A stretch of 64,000 nucleotides of DNA, from contig CAVQUB010000011.1 of assembly GCA_963716725.1 (NCBI GenBank), forward strand, positions 192,001-256,000, written 5' to 3'. Position numbers and translations under genes: made by a program. Under the pieces are notes generated by a model. The model was given only the letters and a program-made list of their open reading frames with translations, did no database searches and was not told the DNA's origin. Source of the DNA: an uncultured delta proteobacterium (GTDB lineage: Bacteria > Myxococcota_A > Polyangia > Polyangiales > Polyangiaceae). This document shows positions 41,265-50,700 of this stretch, piece after piece; the stretch's first letter is position 1; each line of letters starts with the position of its first letter.

Positions 41265-41552
41265 AGGACATCGCCGAGATTCACCTCGGCCATTCGCCGG
41301 TTGCCAGTCCCGGTGAAAGTGGTGGGCGCGAACGACCTGACGATAGGCTGAGATGTGCCTGCCGGCGCCCCAGTGCCGCGAGTCCAGGGTGCCGACTTCC
41401 GCAGCGGGATCGGGGTGCCGGGGGGTTACGCCCAGTCTCGACCCTTCGCGCCGCCTTGCGCACGAAAGCGTCGCGGGGCAAGGTGGTCAGGCTGAATCCT
41501 CGGCGTCGCCCCGCATCGAATTCGGGGAGTCGATCCCTTGGACCCCACAAAC

Positions 41553-42212
41553 ATGCCTGAACGCGCCGACGTCCTCGACTCGCTCCTGCGAGTATTTCAC
41601 GAACCTCGGCGTGCGAGTTCCGTCGCGGCGGTGATCTACCTGATGTTCACCGTGCTCTGGCTGATGCAGCTCGCGAGTCCGGGCGCGCTCCAGCGCATCG
41701 CTGGGCAGCCGCTGGGGGCCGCGTTGTTGGGAGCGATGTGCGGGCTCATCGCGCTCTGCGCGGTCTTCATCGCTGGCGCCGTCCTGATTTGGAAACAGCA
41801 GAGCAGTCGCGCCCCGGGCATTGGCGACGCGCTGTTGCACGCCTCGGTAGCTGCCCTCGGGCTGGGACTGCTCTTCGGGAAAGGCCTGCTCTCGGAGCAA
41901 GCGCTGGCCCTCTCGGCGGGTGGCGCGGGCCTGCTCCTGATTGGGGCAGGACTCCTGCAAGGCGTGGTGGCGCTCCGCCGCGCAGAGCAAGGTGGACTGA
42001 GAAGTTGCGCCGTGCGCGGAGCCATCTTCAGCACCGTCGGAGCGCTGGGCTTCGTGACTGCGAGTCGAGATTTCGGTGCGTCGCTCGTCGATGTTCAAGC
42101 CGGTCCCATCGGTATCGCCGTGGTCAGCTTGGGAGCGCTCACGTTCGCGAGCTACGCGGCGCACTCTCTGTGGTACGTCGGCGAGCAAGCTCCGCTCTGG
42201 CACGAAAGCTAG
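41553..42212 (+). CDS. Hypothetical multi-pass membrane protein
   Basis: About six hydrophobic segments; no recognised motif. Confidence 0.6.
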   Translation: MPERADVLDSLLRVFHEPRRASSVAAVIYLMFTVLWLMQLASPGALQRIAGQPLGAALLGAMCGLIALCAVFIAGAVLIWKQQSSRAPGIGDALLHASVAALGLGLLFGKGLLSEQALALSAGGAGLLLIGAGLLQGVVALRRAEQGGLRSCAVRGAIFSTVGALGFVTASRDFGASLVDVQAGPIGIAVVSLGALTFASYAAHSLWYVGEQAPLWHES

Positions 42213-42408
42213 ATTGGGCTAGTCCGTCGGCCGCCGACGAAAGCCGGGGCTTGGGGACTCATGAGCAGCGGTGCGCCGACCTCGCGGGTCGGGGGCATCG
42301 CGGGTCGGAAACATCGTCCCGCTGCTACCACCGCGCTCGCGTTGTGCCCTGCCCCATCTGCGCTGAGTCGCGGGACCAGCGGTGCATCTCGTCTGCTATG
42401 CTCGCAAG

Positions 42409-44085
42409 GTGCCGACGGTGAACACACCGAGCCCCTTCGAGCTGGCGGATCGCTACGTCGACGAGAGCGCGGAGCATGATCCAGCGCATGCGACGTCGTT
42501 GGGTATCGCGGGTTTCGATCACGCTTGGGGACAGGCGTTTGGCCTGGAAGGACACGCGGCCCGCATGGATCTGGTGCGGCGCTACCGCGCAGCGTTCGCC
42601 GCGCACGCGGCGCATCCCGACCCGAAGCAGAAGCTCGCCGCCCGCGTGATGCTCGGCTCGCTGGACGAGGAACTCGCGGCCGACGCTGCGGGTGAGCAGT
42701 TCCGCGATCTCGCCCACATGGTGTCGAGCTTCCAGCGCGTCGGGTCGACCTTCGACTTGATGAAGAAGCACGACGAAGAAGCTTGGCGCGCCGTGTGTGC
42801 TCGGCTCGAGTCCGTCGACCAGCCCTACACCCAGCTGCGCGAGCGGCTGCACGTCGGGCGTGAGCGCGGCTACCAGGTTGCCGCCAGGCAGGTGCGTTCG
42901 GTGGCCGATCAAGCGCGCCGTTTCAGTGCGCCCGACTCCGCCTTCGATCGTCTGGCGCGTCAGGGTGCTGCGGCGTTTCCGGAGTTGGCTGTTCGGCTCG
43001 AAGCGGCCGTGCTGCACGCAAAGTCGACTGCGCACGCGTTTGCCGAGCACCTCGAGCGCGACGTCCTGCCCGGCGCACCGACCGAAGACGGCGTGGGCCT
43101 CGAGCGCTACCGGCCCGCGCTCGACCGCGCCATGGGGCTCGATCTCGACCCGATGGAGGCCTACGCCTGGGGTTGGGAAGAGCTGTTTCGCCTCGTCTCC
43201 GAGATGAAGCGGCTCGGTGAGCAGATCCTGCCCGGCGCTTCTTTGGAGGAAGTCACCCACCTACTCGAGACCGATCCCGCTCGCGCCGCGCACTCGCCGG
43301 AGGCCTTTCTGGAGCGCATTCGCGAGCGCCTGACTGACGCGCGGGAGCGCTTGAGCGGCGTGCACTTCGACGTCGATCCCCGCATCGTCGAGCTGAGCGT
43401 CGAGTTGGCGCCGGTCGGAACGCCGTCCAGTGCGTATTACCAGCCGCCGTCGGAGGACTTCTCGCGTCCCGGCGGGGTGCGCTACGCGTTCGGCGACCAG
43501 ACCTTCTTCCCGCTCTACCAACAGATCTCGACCGCGTATCACGAGGGCTTTCCGGGTCACCACCTGCAGATCGGCACCGCGATGACGCGCGCCGACAGCC
43601 TCAGCCGCGCCCATCGCCTCCTGGTTTGGTACTCGGGGTACGGTGAGGGCTGGGCGATGTACACCGAGTGTCTGATGGGGGAGCTCGGCTTCTTCGAGAA
43701 GCCCGAGTACGAGCTTGGCATGCTGGCCAAGCAGCTCTATCGCGCCGCGCGCGTCGTCGTGGACATTGGCCTTCATCTCGGCCTTCGCATTGATTCGGCT
43801 TCCGCCCTCGACCCCGGCGAGGCGTGGACCTTCGAGCGAGCGGCCAACTTCATGCGCGTGTACGGGCATCGCACGCCCGCGCAGGCCGACAGCGAAGTCA
43901 TGCGCTACCTGGGCTGGCCCGGCCAGGCGCCGACCTACAAACTCGGCGAGCGCGAGATCGTGCAATTGCGGAATGAAGCCCGCTCGCGGGTCGGCAACGC
44001 CTTTTCACTGCGCGACTTCCACGCGCGCGTGATCGGCAACGGCGCACTTCGCATCGATCTGTTGCGCGAGCTCGTGCTCGCGTGA
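42409..44085 (+). CDS. DUF885 family protein
   Basis: AYYQPPS.D.SRPG, HEGFPGHHLQ, EGWAMY.E, RAARVVVDIGLH, RYLGWPGQAPTYKLG. Confidence 0.92.
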   Translation: MPTVNTPSPFELADRYVDESAEHDPAHATSLGIAGFDHAWGQAFGLEGHAARMDLVRRYRAAFAAHAAHPDPKQKLAARVMLGSLDEELAADAAGEQFRDLAHMVSSFQRVGSTFDLMKKHDEEAWRAVCARLESVDQPYTQLRERLHVGRERGYQVAARQVRSVADQARRFSAPDSAFDRLARQGAAAFPELAVRLEAAVLHAKSTAHAFAEHLERDVLPGAPTEDGVGLERYRPALDRAMGLDLDPMEAYAWGWEELFRLVSEMKRLGEQILPGASLEEVTHLLETDPARAAHSPEAFLERIRERLTDARERLSGVHFDVDPRIVELSVELAPVGTPSSAYYQPPSEDFSRPGGVRYAFGDQTFFPLYQQISTAYHEGFPGHHLQIGTAMTRADSLSRAHRLLVWYSGYGEGWAMYTECLMGELGFFEKPEYELGMLAKQLYRAARVVVDIGLHLGLRIDSASALDPGEAWTFERAANFMRVYGHRTPAQADSEVMRYLGWPGQAPTYKLGEREIVQLRNEARSRVGNAFSLRDFHARVIGNGALRIDLLRELVLA

Positions 44086-44128
44086 CCTGAGGGCCGGCCT
44101 TCGGCCGGAGGACGTTTCTCCGAGGCTT

Positions 44129-45202
44129 TCAGCCATCCGCGAGCAGCGCCCGCAACACCGCGATCACCTCGCCCATTTCGAAGGGCTTGCGGATCCAGGT
44201 ACAAACCTCGTCGTGGCCCAGGTCCGGCGCTCCCGTGGGCGACCCGCTGATGAGCACGACAGGGACGTGCCCGGCTCGCTGACGCAAGAGCGCGATGGCG
44301 CCGCGCGGGTCTTCGGCGATGGGCGAGAGATCGAACAGCACGGCGGACAGCCCCGTGCCCAGGTCGAACGAGGCGATGTCGTGCGAGTTCGTGATGGAGA
44401 TCACGACCGCCCCGCGAGCTTCGAGCGCAAGCTCGATCAATCCCAGCACGGCGGGATCGTCCTCGAGGACCAGCACCCGCGCACCATCGAGTCGAACCGG
44501 CTCCGATGGCGGCCTCGCGTCGGCTCGCCCCGGGCGCTTGGGCCAAAAGAGCTCGAAACAGGCACCGGGTCCGGGTCGGGCCAACCTGAGCTCACCCCCC
44601 CGCTCGCGGGCGGCGGCAGACGAGTGCACCAGACCGATCCCGGTGCCGCCGGTCCGCGTCGATTCGGGTGCGACGAAGAGCGTCGACGCGCGCTCGGGAT
44701 CGACCCCAGGCCCTTCGTCGATCACGCGAAACGCCATCCCGCCGCCGTCCTCGCGCAAGGTCAGCGTGACGACGCCTCCGGCCGGCGAGAAGGCCACGGC
44801 GTTGAGCAGCAGGTTCAGCAGGATCTGCGCGACGGCGTCGGCGTCGGCCACCCAGTCGTCGAGGCTCGTCGTCGACTCGAAGCGCAGGTGGACGCCCTTG
44901 CGTTCGGCGGCCGGGGTGATGCCGAGGACGGCGGCGCGGGCGAGCGTCGCGGCGCTGCGCTCCGCTGCGAAGCCGCCAACACCGTCGCCGTCGCCGCCGC
45001 CGTCGCCGATGGCGCGGCGCGCCACACCGTGCCCGAGCCGCGCGTAGCTGAGCGCAACCTCGAGCGCGTCTCGGGCCGGGCCGGCCTGCACACGACTACC
45101 GACGATGTCGAGCCAGCCGAGCACTACGGTCAGGGCGTTGGAGACCTCGTGCAGCGCCGCGGCCAGCTCTGCCGGTGACGCGCTCGCGGATGGGCGTTTC
45201 AC
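44129..45202 (-). CDS. Cytoplasmic hybrid histidine kinase / receiver without a sensor domain
   Basis: H-box LHEVSNAL, N-box NLLLNA, DEGPG, GTGIGL; receiver EDD...D...SG...KPF. Confidence 0.92.
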   Translation of the reverse strand: MKRPSASASPAELAAALHEVSNALTVVLGWLDIVGSRVQAGPARDALEVALSYARLGHGVARRAIGDGGGDGDGVGGFAAERSAATLARAAVLGITPAAERKGVHLRFESTTSLDDWVADADAVAQILLNLLLNAVAFSPAGGVVTLTLREDGGGMAFRVIDEGPGVDPERASTLFVAPESTRTGGTGIGLVHSSAAARERGGELRLARPGPGACFELFWPKRPGRADARPPSEPVRLDGARVLVLEDDPAVLGLIELALEARGAVVISITNSHDIASFDLGTGLSAVLFDLSPIAEDPRGAIALLRQRAGHVPVVLISGSPTGAPDLGHDEVCTWIRKPFEMGEVIAVLRALLADG

Positions 45203-45262
45203 GATCTGCAGGCTATTACGGTCACCGCCTCAGAACCAGCTTCGGGCGCGAGCGAGGCGAGC

Positions 45263-47089
45263 TCAGTTCAAGTTGGCCGGCAAGAACAAGCGGAACGCGC
45301 CGGTCTCGTCCGCCCGCGCCTCGGCGAGTTGCACCGCCGTGGTCGCTCCAGAGCGGTCGCCGGTGTAGCCCTCGCCGTTGAGGTAGATGAAGGCGCGGAT
45401 CAGGGCTCCGGGGACCGGCAGCGGCGCCTCGGCACCCGGCACGCTGACCTTGCCTTCATAGACGACGGGCAGCGGGAGCTTCATCGGTCCAAGATCGTGC
45501 ACGCCGCTCTGAACTTCGACGCCCGGCCGGACCAGCCATGCGAACCCGGTGCCGTCGGGCGGACGCACCGAGAAATCGAAGACGCCAGGGTCGACCTCGA
45601 AGGAGAAAGCTCCCTCTTTTCCAACCATGCCCGACATCGCCTTCGGCGAGAAGGGAGTGATGCCCACGGCGATTTCGAGGGGCGTGGGCGAGACCGCGGC
45701 GGCGACCGCTTGCACGCTGGCCCCCGTCGCAGCCTTCGCGCCACCGGGGACGAGCACGCTGCCACCGACGTCGGACACGAGCTCGAGCGTCACGCTCTTG
45801 CCACCCTGTTTGGCGGTGCCGGACGACACCGTGAGCTTGGTCTTGGTGGTCGCGAAGCCCGAGTTGGCCGGTGGGGCCACAAACACTTCGTATTGCCCCG
45901 GCAAGAGCTGCACGTTGGTCGCCACGCCGTCGACGATCTCCACCTTCTTCTCGAAGAAGGCCAGCCCGATCTGATCGCCTCCGCTGCTGTCGAGCTCGAG
46001 CTTCGTGGACACGAAGCGAGCCGTCGCTGCGTCCATGAAGGGTGCACCGTTGGTGCCGAACAGGCTGATTTGATCGAGCGTGACCGCCTCCGGCCAGAGC
46101 TGCTTCTGCGCTTCGATCTTGACCGGACCGGTGGTGAACAGGCCAAGGTGCGCGCGCTCGATGACCACCGTCGGTTTGTCGGCCCCGGCCGGCGGCCGGA
46201 GCCGCACTAGCTCCATGCCCGGCGCGACCTTCTGGCCGGTCGCCTCCGAGAACTCGACGGCAGCGACGTAGTGTTGGTTCTTGGCGTCGGTCGGGTCGTC
46301 CACCAGCTCGAGCTTCGCCGGGATCGAGAGTCGGAGCCCCGAGGTCGGGTCGATGACGTCGATCTCCCAGCCAACCAAGGGGGTCTTCTCGGCGACCGAC
46401 ACCGCATCCACCGAGAGCAGCACCTCGATCTCGAGCAGGCTCGGCGCCTGGAGCGGGATCGACGCCTCGACGTCACCCGCTTCGACATGCACGCCGCGAA
46501 CGAGCTGCGGCACGATGCTGCACGACAGGGCGTTCTGGTCTTCGGTGAGCGGCTCCACGTAGACGTCGTAGTCGTCCGGCGGCAGCCAGGCCTCGAATTC
46601 GTAGCGGTTCTCGGCCTTGTTGAAGCTGGTCTTGGCGGTGAAGCGAGGTGCGGGCAGGCCCAGAAGCTTCATGGTCGACGTGAACGTCACCTTGACGGGC
46701 GGCGTTGAGCTCTCGTTCCCCGCGCCGTAGGCGATCATGCAGTTGCCTTGGTGCGCGGCCTTCTGGGGCTTCACCGTGCCGGTGACCTTGCTGACCACGC
46801 CCAGCGCGACGTCCAGCGATCCACCGCCGACCGAGATCTCTTGGGGCACCAGGAAGGACAGCCCACCGTAGCGGTCGGCGTCCGTCGGCGGGGTGATCTC
46901 GAACAGCACCGTCGAGAACAAACCCTGCTCGGCGTGACACATCCCGAGCGCTTGATCGCACTTGCCGGCCCCGCAGTCCGCGTCGCTCGAGCACTGGTTC
47001 TTGGTCGGCTCGAGCGCGGTGTCTTCGAGTGCCTGCACCGAGCAGCCCGACGCGAAGACGATCGCAGCGAGGGCGAGCAGCGCGCGCAT
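45263..47089 (-). CDS. Lipoprotein with Cys-rich N-terminal motif and tandem beta-sandwich (carboxypeptidase-regulatory-like) domains
   Basis: Lipobox ASGC, CSSDADCGAGKCD, repeated PGxY/F.V...PP and GA...A...D..G.F motifs; TGATG coupling. Confidence 0.75.
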   Translation of the reverse strand: MRALLALAAIVFASGCSVQALEDTALEPTKNQCSSDADCGAGKCDQALGMCHAEQGLFSTVLFEITPPTDADRYGGLSFLVPQEISVGGGSLDVALGVVSKVTGTVKPQKAAHQGNCMIAYGAGNESSTPPVKVTFTSTMKLLGLPAPRFTAKTSFNKAENRYEFEAWLPPDDYDVYVEPLTEDQNALSCSIVPQLVRGVHVEAGDVEASIPLQAPSLLEIEVLLSVDAVSVAEKTPLVGWEIDVIDPTSGLRLSIPAKLELVDDPTDAKNQHYVAAVEFSEATGQKVAPGMELVRLRPPAGADKPTVVIERAHLGLFTTGPVKIEAQKQLWPEAVTLDQISLFGTNGAPFMDAATARFVSTKLELDSSGGDQIGLAFFEKKVEIVDGVATNVQLLPGQYEVFVAPPANSGFATTKTKLTVSSGTAKQGGKSVTLELVSDVGGSVLVPGGAKAATGASVQAVAAAVSPTPLEIAVGITPFSPKAMSGMVGKEGAFSFEVDPGVFDFSVRPPDGTGFAWLVRPGVEVQSGVHDLGPMKLPLPVVYEGKVSVPGAEAPLPVPGALIRAFIYLNGEGYTGDRSGATTAVQLAEARADETGAFRLFLPANLN

Positions 47090-47607
47090 CAGTTCACTCC
47101 TCCGCTGGGTGGGCAGTCGCCGAGCAGCGTGGTGCCGTCGTCTTCGACGTTGAGCCACCAGTTGAGAATGGCGGTGTCCGAGCTGAGCGTGGGTTCGTTG
47201 TTGTCGTTGAAGTTGGTGCGATGAGAGACGACCAAGCTGAGCGAGTGGCAACCCGCTACCTGGATCTCCGCGGGCATGCCGATGGCGCGCTTGTCGTCCT
47301 CGAGCTTGCCGGGGGGGACGTCGCGGAAATTGAGCAAGGTCTTCTTCCCGATCACGCCTCGATCGAGCCACAGAAACGCCCTCAGCTCCTCGCCGACGTC
47401 CTCCGAGCTGAACGGCACGTTGACCAAGATGGTGTCCCCCAGGGCGAGGTCGTAGGTGTGCAGAACGTTCGGAGTAGCCTTGTTTGCGTCCAGAAAGGGC
47501 GGAGTCTGCTTGGCCACGCCGTACTCGGCCGGCTCCGAAACGATGCAAGACACGGGGGCCACCAACCCCAGCAGTAGCGACAGGCGTGCCAACCCCACAA
47601 TGCGCAC
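47089..47607 (-). CDS. Hypothetical lipoprotein; start uncertain
   Basis: Hydrophobic signal ending PVSC; coupled to the downstream gene. Confidence 0.7.
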   Translation of the reverse strand: MRIVGLARLSLLLGLVAPVSCIVSEPAEYGVAKQTPPFLDANKATPNVLHTYDLALGDTILVNVPFSSEDVGEELRAFLWLDRGVIGKKTLLNFRDVPPGKLEDDKRAIGMPAEIQVAGCHSLSLVVSHRTNFNDNNEPTLSSDTAILNWWLNVEDDGTTLLGDCPPSGGVN

Positions 47608-47733
47608 AGATCCCTGCGATCCCGCGGTGTTCGGGTGTGACAGTGGTGTCGCGCTGGGGGGCCGCCGATTCATCTGCGCGTCAACCATAGCCTGGCTTTC
47701 CACGGCTGGCTCAGCAACTCGCGAGCGCCGGGG

Positions 47734-50700
47734 TCAGCTGTGGGCAGGCGGCCGCGTGCCGCGCTGGGTCTGCCAACGGGCGGCCGAGTACTCCGAGCTG
47801 GTGGCGAGACGCACCAGGTCGGCAAACGCTGCATGCTCCGCCACGAGCTTGGCCAGGGTCGACGGCGACGCCACGACCTCCGGCGCGATGCCCTCCTGCC
47901 GGCAGGTTTGCCGGAGGGCGACGCCCAGATCACCCGAAACGAACAGGCCCGCTCGCCGTGCGGCCCGGCGCGCGTGCGCCATCCCGGTCTCGAAGTCGAT
48001 CCCGCTGGGCTCGTGGCAGAGCTCGCGCAAGCGCCGCTGCGAGCTCGCGGGGATGCGCTCCCACAGCACCTCGGCCAGGCTCGCCGCGCTGGCGAGATCG
48101 GCCTTGTGCTCGGCGGGCGGGCCGAACGCGAGCAGCATGCTCTTCAGGATGGATTGGGCCTGCTCCTCGCTGGAGCCAAACAGGAGCACGTGCTCGGGCA
48201 AGGACGCGACCAGCATGGCCCCGACGTGATAGCTGAGCTCAGGGGTTTCTCGCGCCACCTCGCCGGCGGCGATGAGCGCCGGCGGGCTGAGCAACGCGAC
48301 CCCGAGCGAGATCGGGCCCGCCGTGCGAGGGTGGAAGAGCGGCGTTCGCGTCAGGCCGAGCACGCGGGCCGCCGCCGCGTAAGTCCGCGCGAGGGGGGTC
48401 GGCGCTTGGATCGAGATCCGCGCCGCACCGGCCACCCCGTAGCTGGCCGGGTCTCGCCGGAACACGTGGCTCGCCCCCTCCCAGACCAGCGAAAGCGCTT
48501 CGCAGACCGGGCTCTGAAGTTCCCGAAACAAGAGCGCTCTCAGCCGTGCCGGATCTTCGGGCTGCTCCGCCAGCCCCGGTGGCGCGGCTGCTTCGGCGCT
48601 CGGATCGAACAACGCCAGCGCGTGCTCGACGGCCCGAGCGTAGACATGGTTCTTGTCGGCGAGAGCCGCGACGTAGAGCTGGCGCAACAGGTCGCGGTCA
48701 CCTGGAGCGTGGCTGACCATGGCGCGGCACACCGCCACCAGATCGTAGGCGCGGCTACGCCGGTTCTCGAGCTGGCGCACGAGCTCGAACCCCGCGTCGA
48801 GTGATCCTTCGGCCAGCTGCGTCAAGAGATCGGCCTCCATGGAGCTCGCCGCCGCAAACGTTCCCGACACGCGCCGCAGTGACGCCGGCATGGCGACCTT
48901 GGCTTCGATCTGCGAATGCGGCTCGGGATCAGTGCCTCGCTCGCGGATGACCGGGGCGGGCGGTGCGCTGTGCTGTTTGGGAGGCGGCTCCGAGGGCTGC
49001 CGGATTTGCTCGGGTGGAGCCGTGGAGTGGTACGTGGTGCTCGGACGGTGCGCCGCCGGTGGCTTCGACGCCAGACGTGGCGGCGGGGAAGAGTCGCGCG
49101 GTCCCACGAACGCTGGAACCGGCTCGGCGCGTGGCAGCCCGGGCTCGGTATCCGTGCGGCGCACGGGCGCGACGTCCCGACGCGCCGACGCCTGTTCGCG
49201 TGCCACCTCGCCGGCCAGCTCCTCAGCCCTCAGCTGAGCGCCCAGCGCCGAGGCGGCGTCGCGTGTGATGGGCTCCGTCGCGGCAATGTTCACAAATCCA
49301 AGGGCACGCCCGAAGTCCCCGGTCTCGCGAGCGGCATCCGCCGCCATGATGGCGACGCGCCCGCGATGGCGAACGCCGCGCAGATCTCCGGACAGCGCCA
49401 GGTCGAACAGGCTCAGCGACTGGCCGTGCTCTCCGCCTTCCGTCAGGCGCTCACCGATGCCCAGCGCGACCAACGGCACATTGCCCAGTTCGGCGGACAA
49501 CTTCATCAGCTCGCGCATGCCTGCGCCGGTGCCCACCGCGCTGTCGAGCGCCTCGGCGATCAAGAAGCCGCGCACCTCCGCCTCTTCGGGCGTCAGCGCT
49601 TCGTCGATTCCCCGGAGAGCTGCCACGACCAAGCGCGCGTGCTCCCGCGTCGTGGGGCCGCGCACACGGTACTCGAGCCAGCGAGCGAAAATCTGGGGGG
49701 CGGCCGCCGCCGGAGCGATCTCCGACGCGCGCTCGGCCAGCGCCAAGGCGTCGGCAGGTTGACCCGCTACGTCGTAAGCCCGAGCCGCTTCGACCAAGAG
49801 CGCGACGTGGCGTTCGACGGGGTGACCGCCTGCGCCCACGAGATCTTCGAGCGCCTGCCCCAGGGCGCGAGCGTCCCCACTGCGGCGCTCCACCGCGACC
49901 GCGAGCTCGAGCAACTCCGGCGACTGCAGCCACGCGCCCAGGCCCTCGATGACACGGCGCGCGGCATCGACGTCGCCGCCGGCAAGATAGGCCTCGCAGG
50001 CGCGCTTCGACAGATCCGCGGCTTCGTCGCGGTTGGTGGTGACCGCGCTCGCTCGCATCCAGAGCGGAGCGGCCCGGAGCGGCGCGCCCAGGCGTTGATG
50101 GAGATCCGCGAGCACGCGAAGCACCGAGAGGTGATCGCCGGTGGCCGCGAGGAGCGCTTCGAGCTCGGTCCGTGCTTCGTCTGCCCGACCGAGGCGCTCT
50201 TCGAGCAGCGTCGCGCGCCTCAGGCGGATGCGCCGCACGTCGTCCACGCGCGACGCCAAGCTCGCGCGACGCCCGAGGAGAGACAGGGCTCGCTCCCAGT
50301 CGCCGCGTTTTTCGGCGGCGAGCTCCATCGCGGCCAGCGCATTGAGGTCGTCGGGATCCATGGCGGACAACTCCGCGAAGCGGCTGCTCGCGCCGGCATC
50401 GTCCCCGAGCTCTGCCAAGAGCGGCGCGAGCTCGCGCAAGAAGCGCAGCTTGGCGCGGTCGTCGACCCGATCGATCAAGTGGCCAAGGGCGGCAGCCCGG
50501 CGCCCGCCGTCCCGCGCCTGATGTGCGAGCGTGACCATGTCCTCGAGCAAGGCGATGTCACCGGGCGCATTGCGCAACGCCTCGTCGAGCACTGCCAGCG
50601 CGCGATCGGGTTTGCCTCGGGTCGCCAACAGCGCCGCGAGATCACGACCTGCCCGAGCCAGCGCGGCCCCGACGAGGTCACCGCTCGTGAGCTCGGACTC

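Noticed and set aside
41488..41550. GCTGAATCC, resembling the start of a c-di-AMP (ydaO) riboswitch; GEMM-like fragments near 41155-41195
   Set aside because: The remaining conserved elements and pairings of either family are missing.
47575..47591. Minus-strand TGGCACGCCTGTCGCT with GG-N10-GC spacing
   Set aside because: It lies inside the signal-peptide coding region of the lipoprotein, the -12 match is weak, and no suitable start follows.
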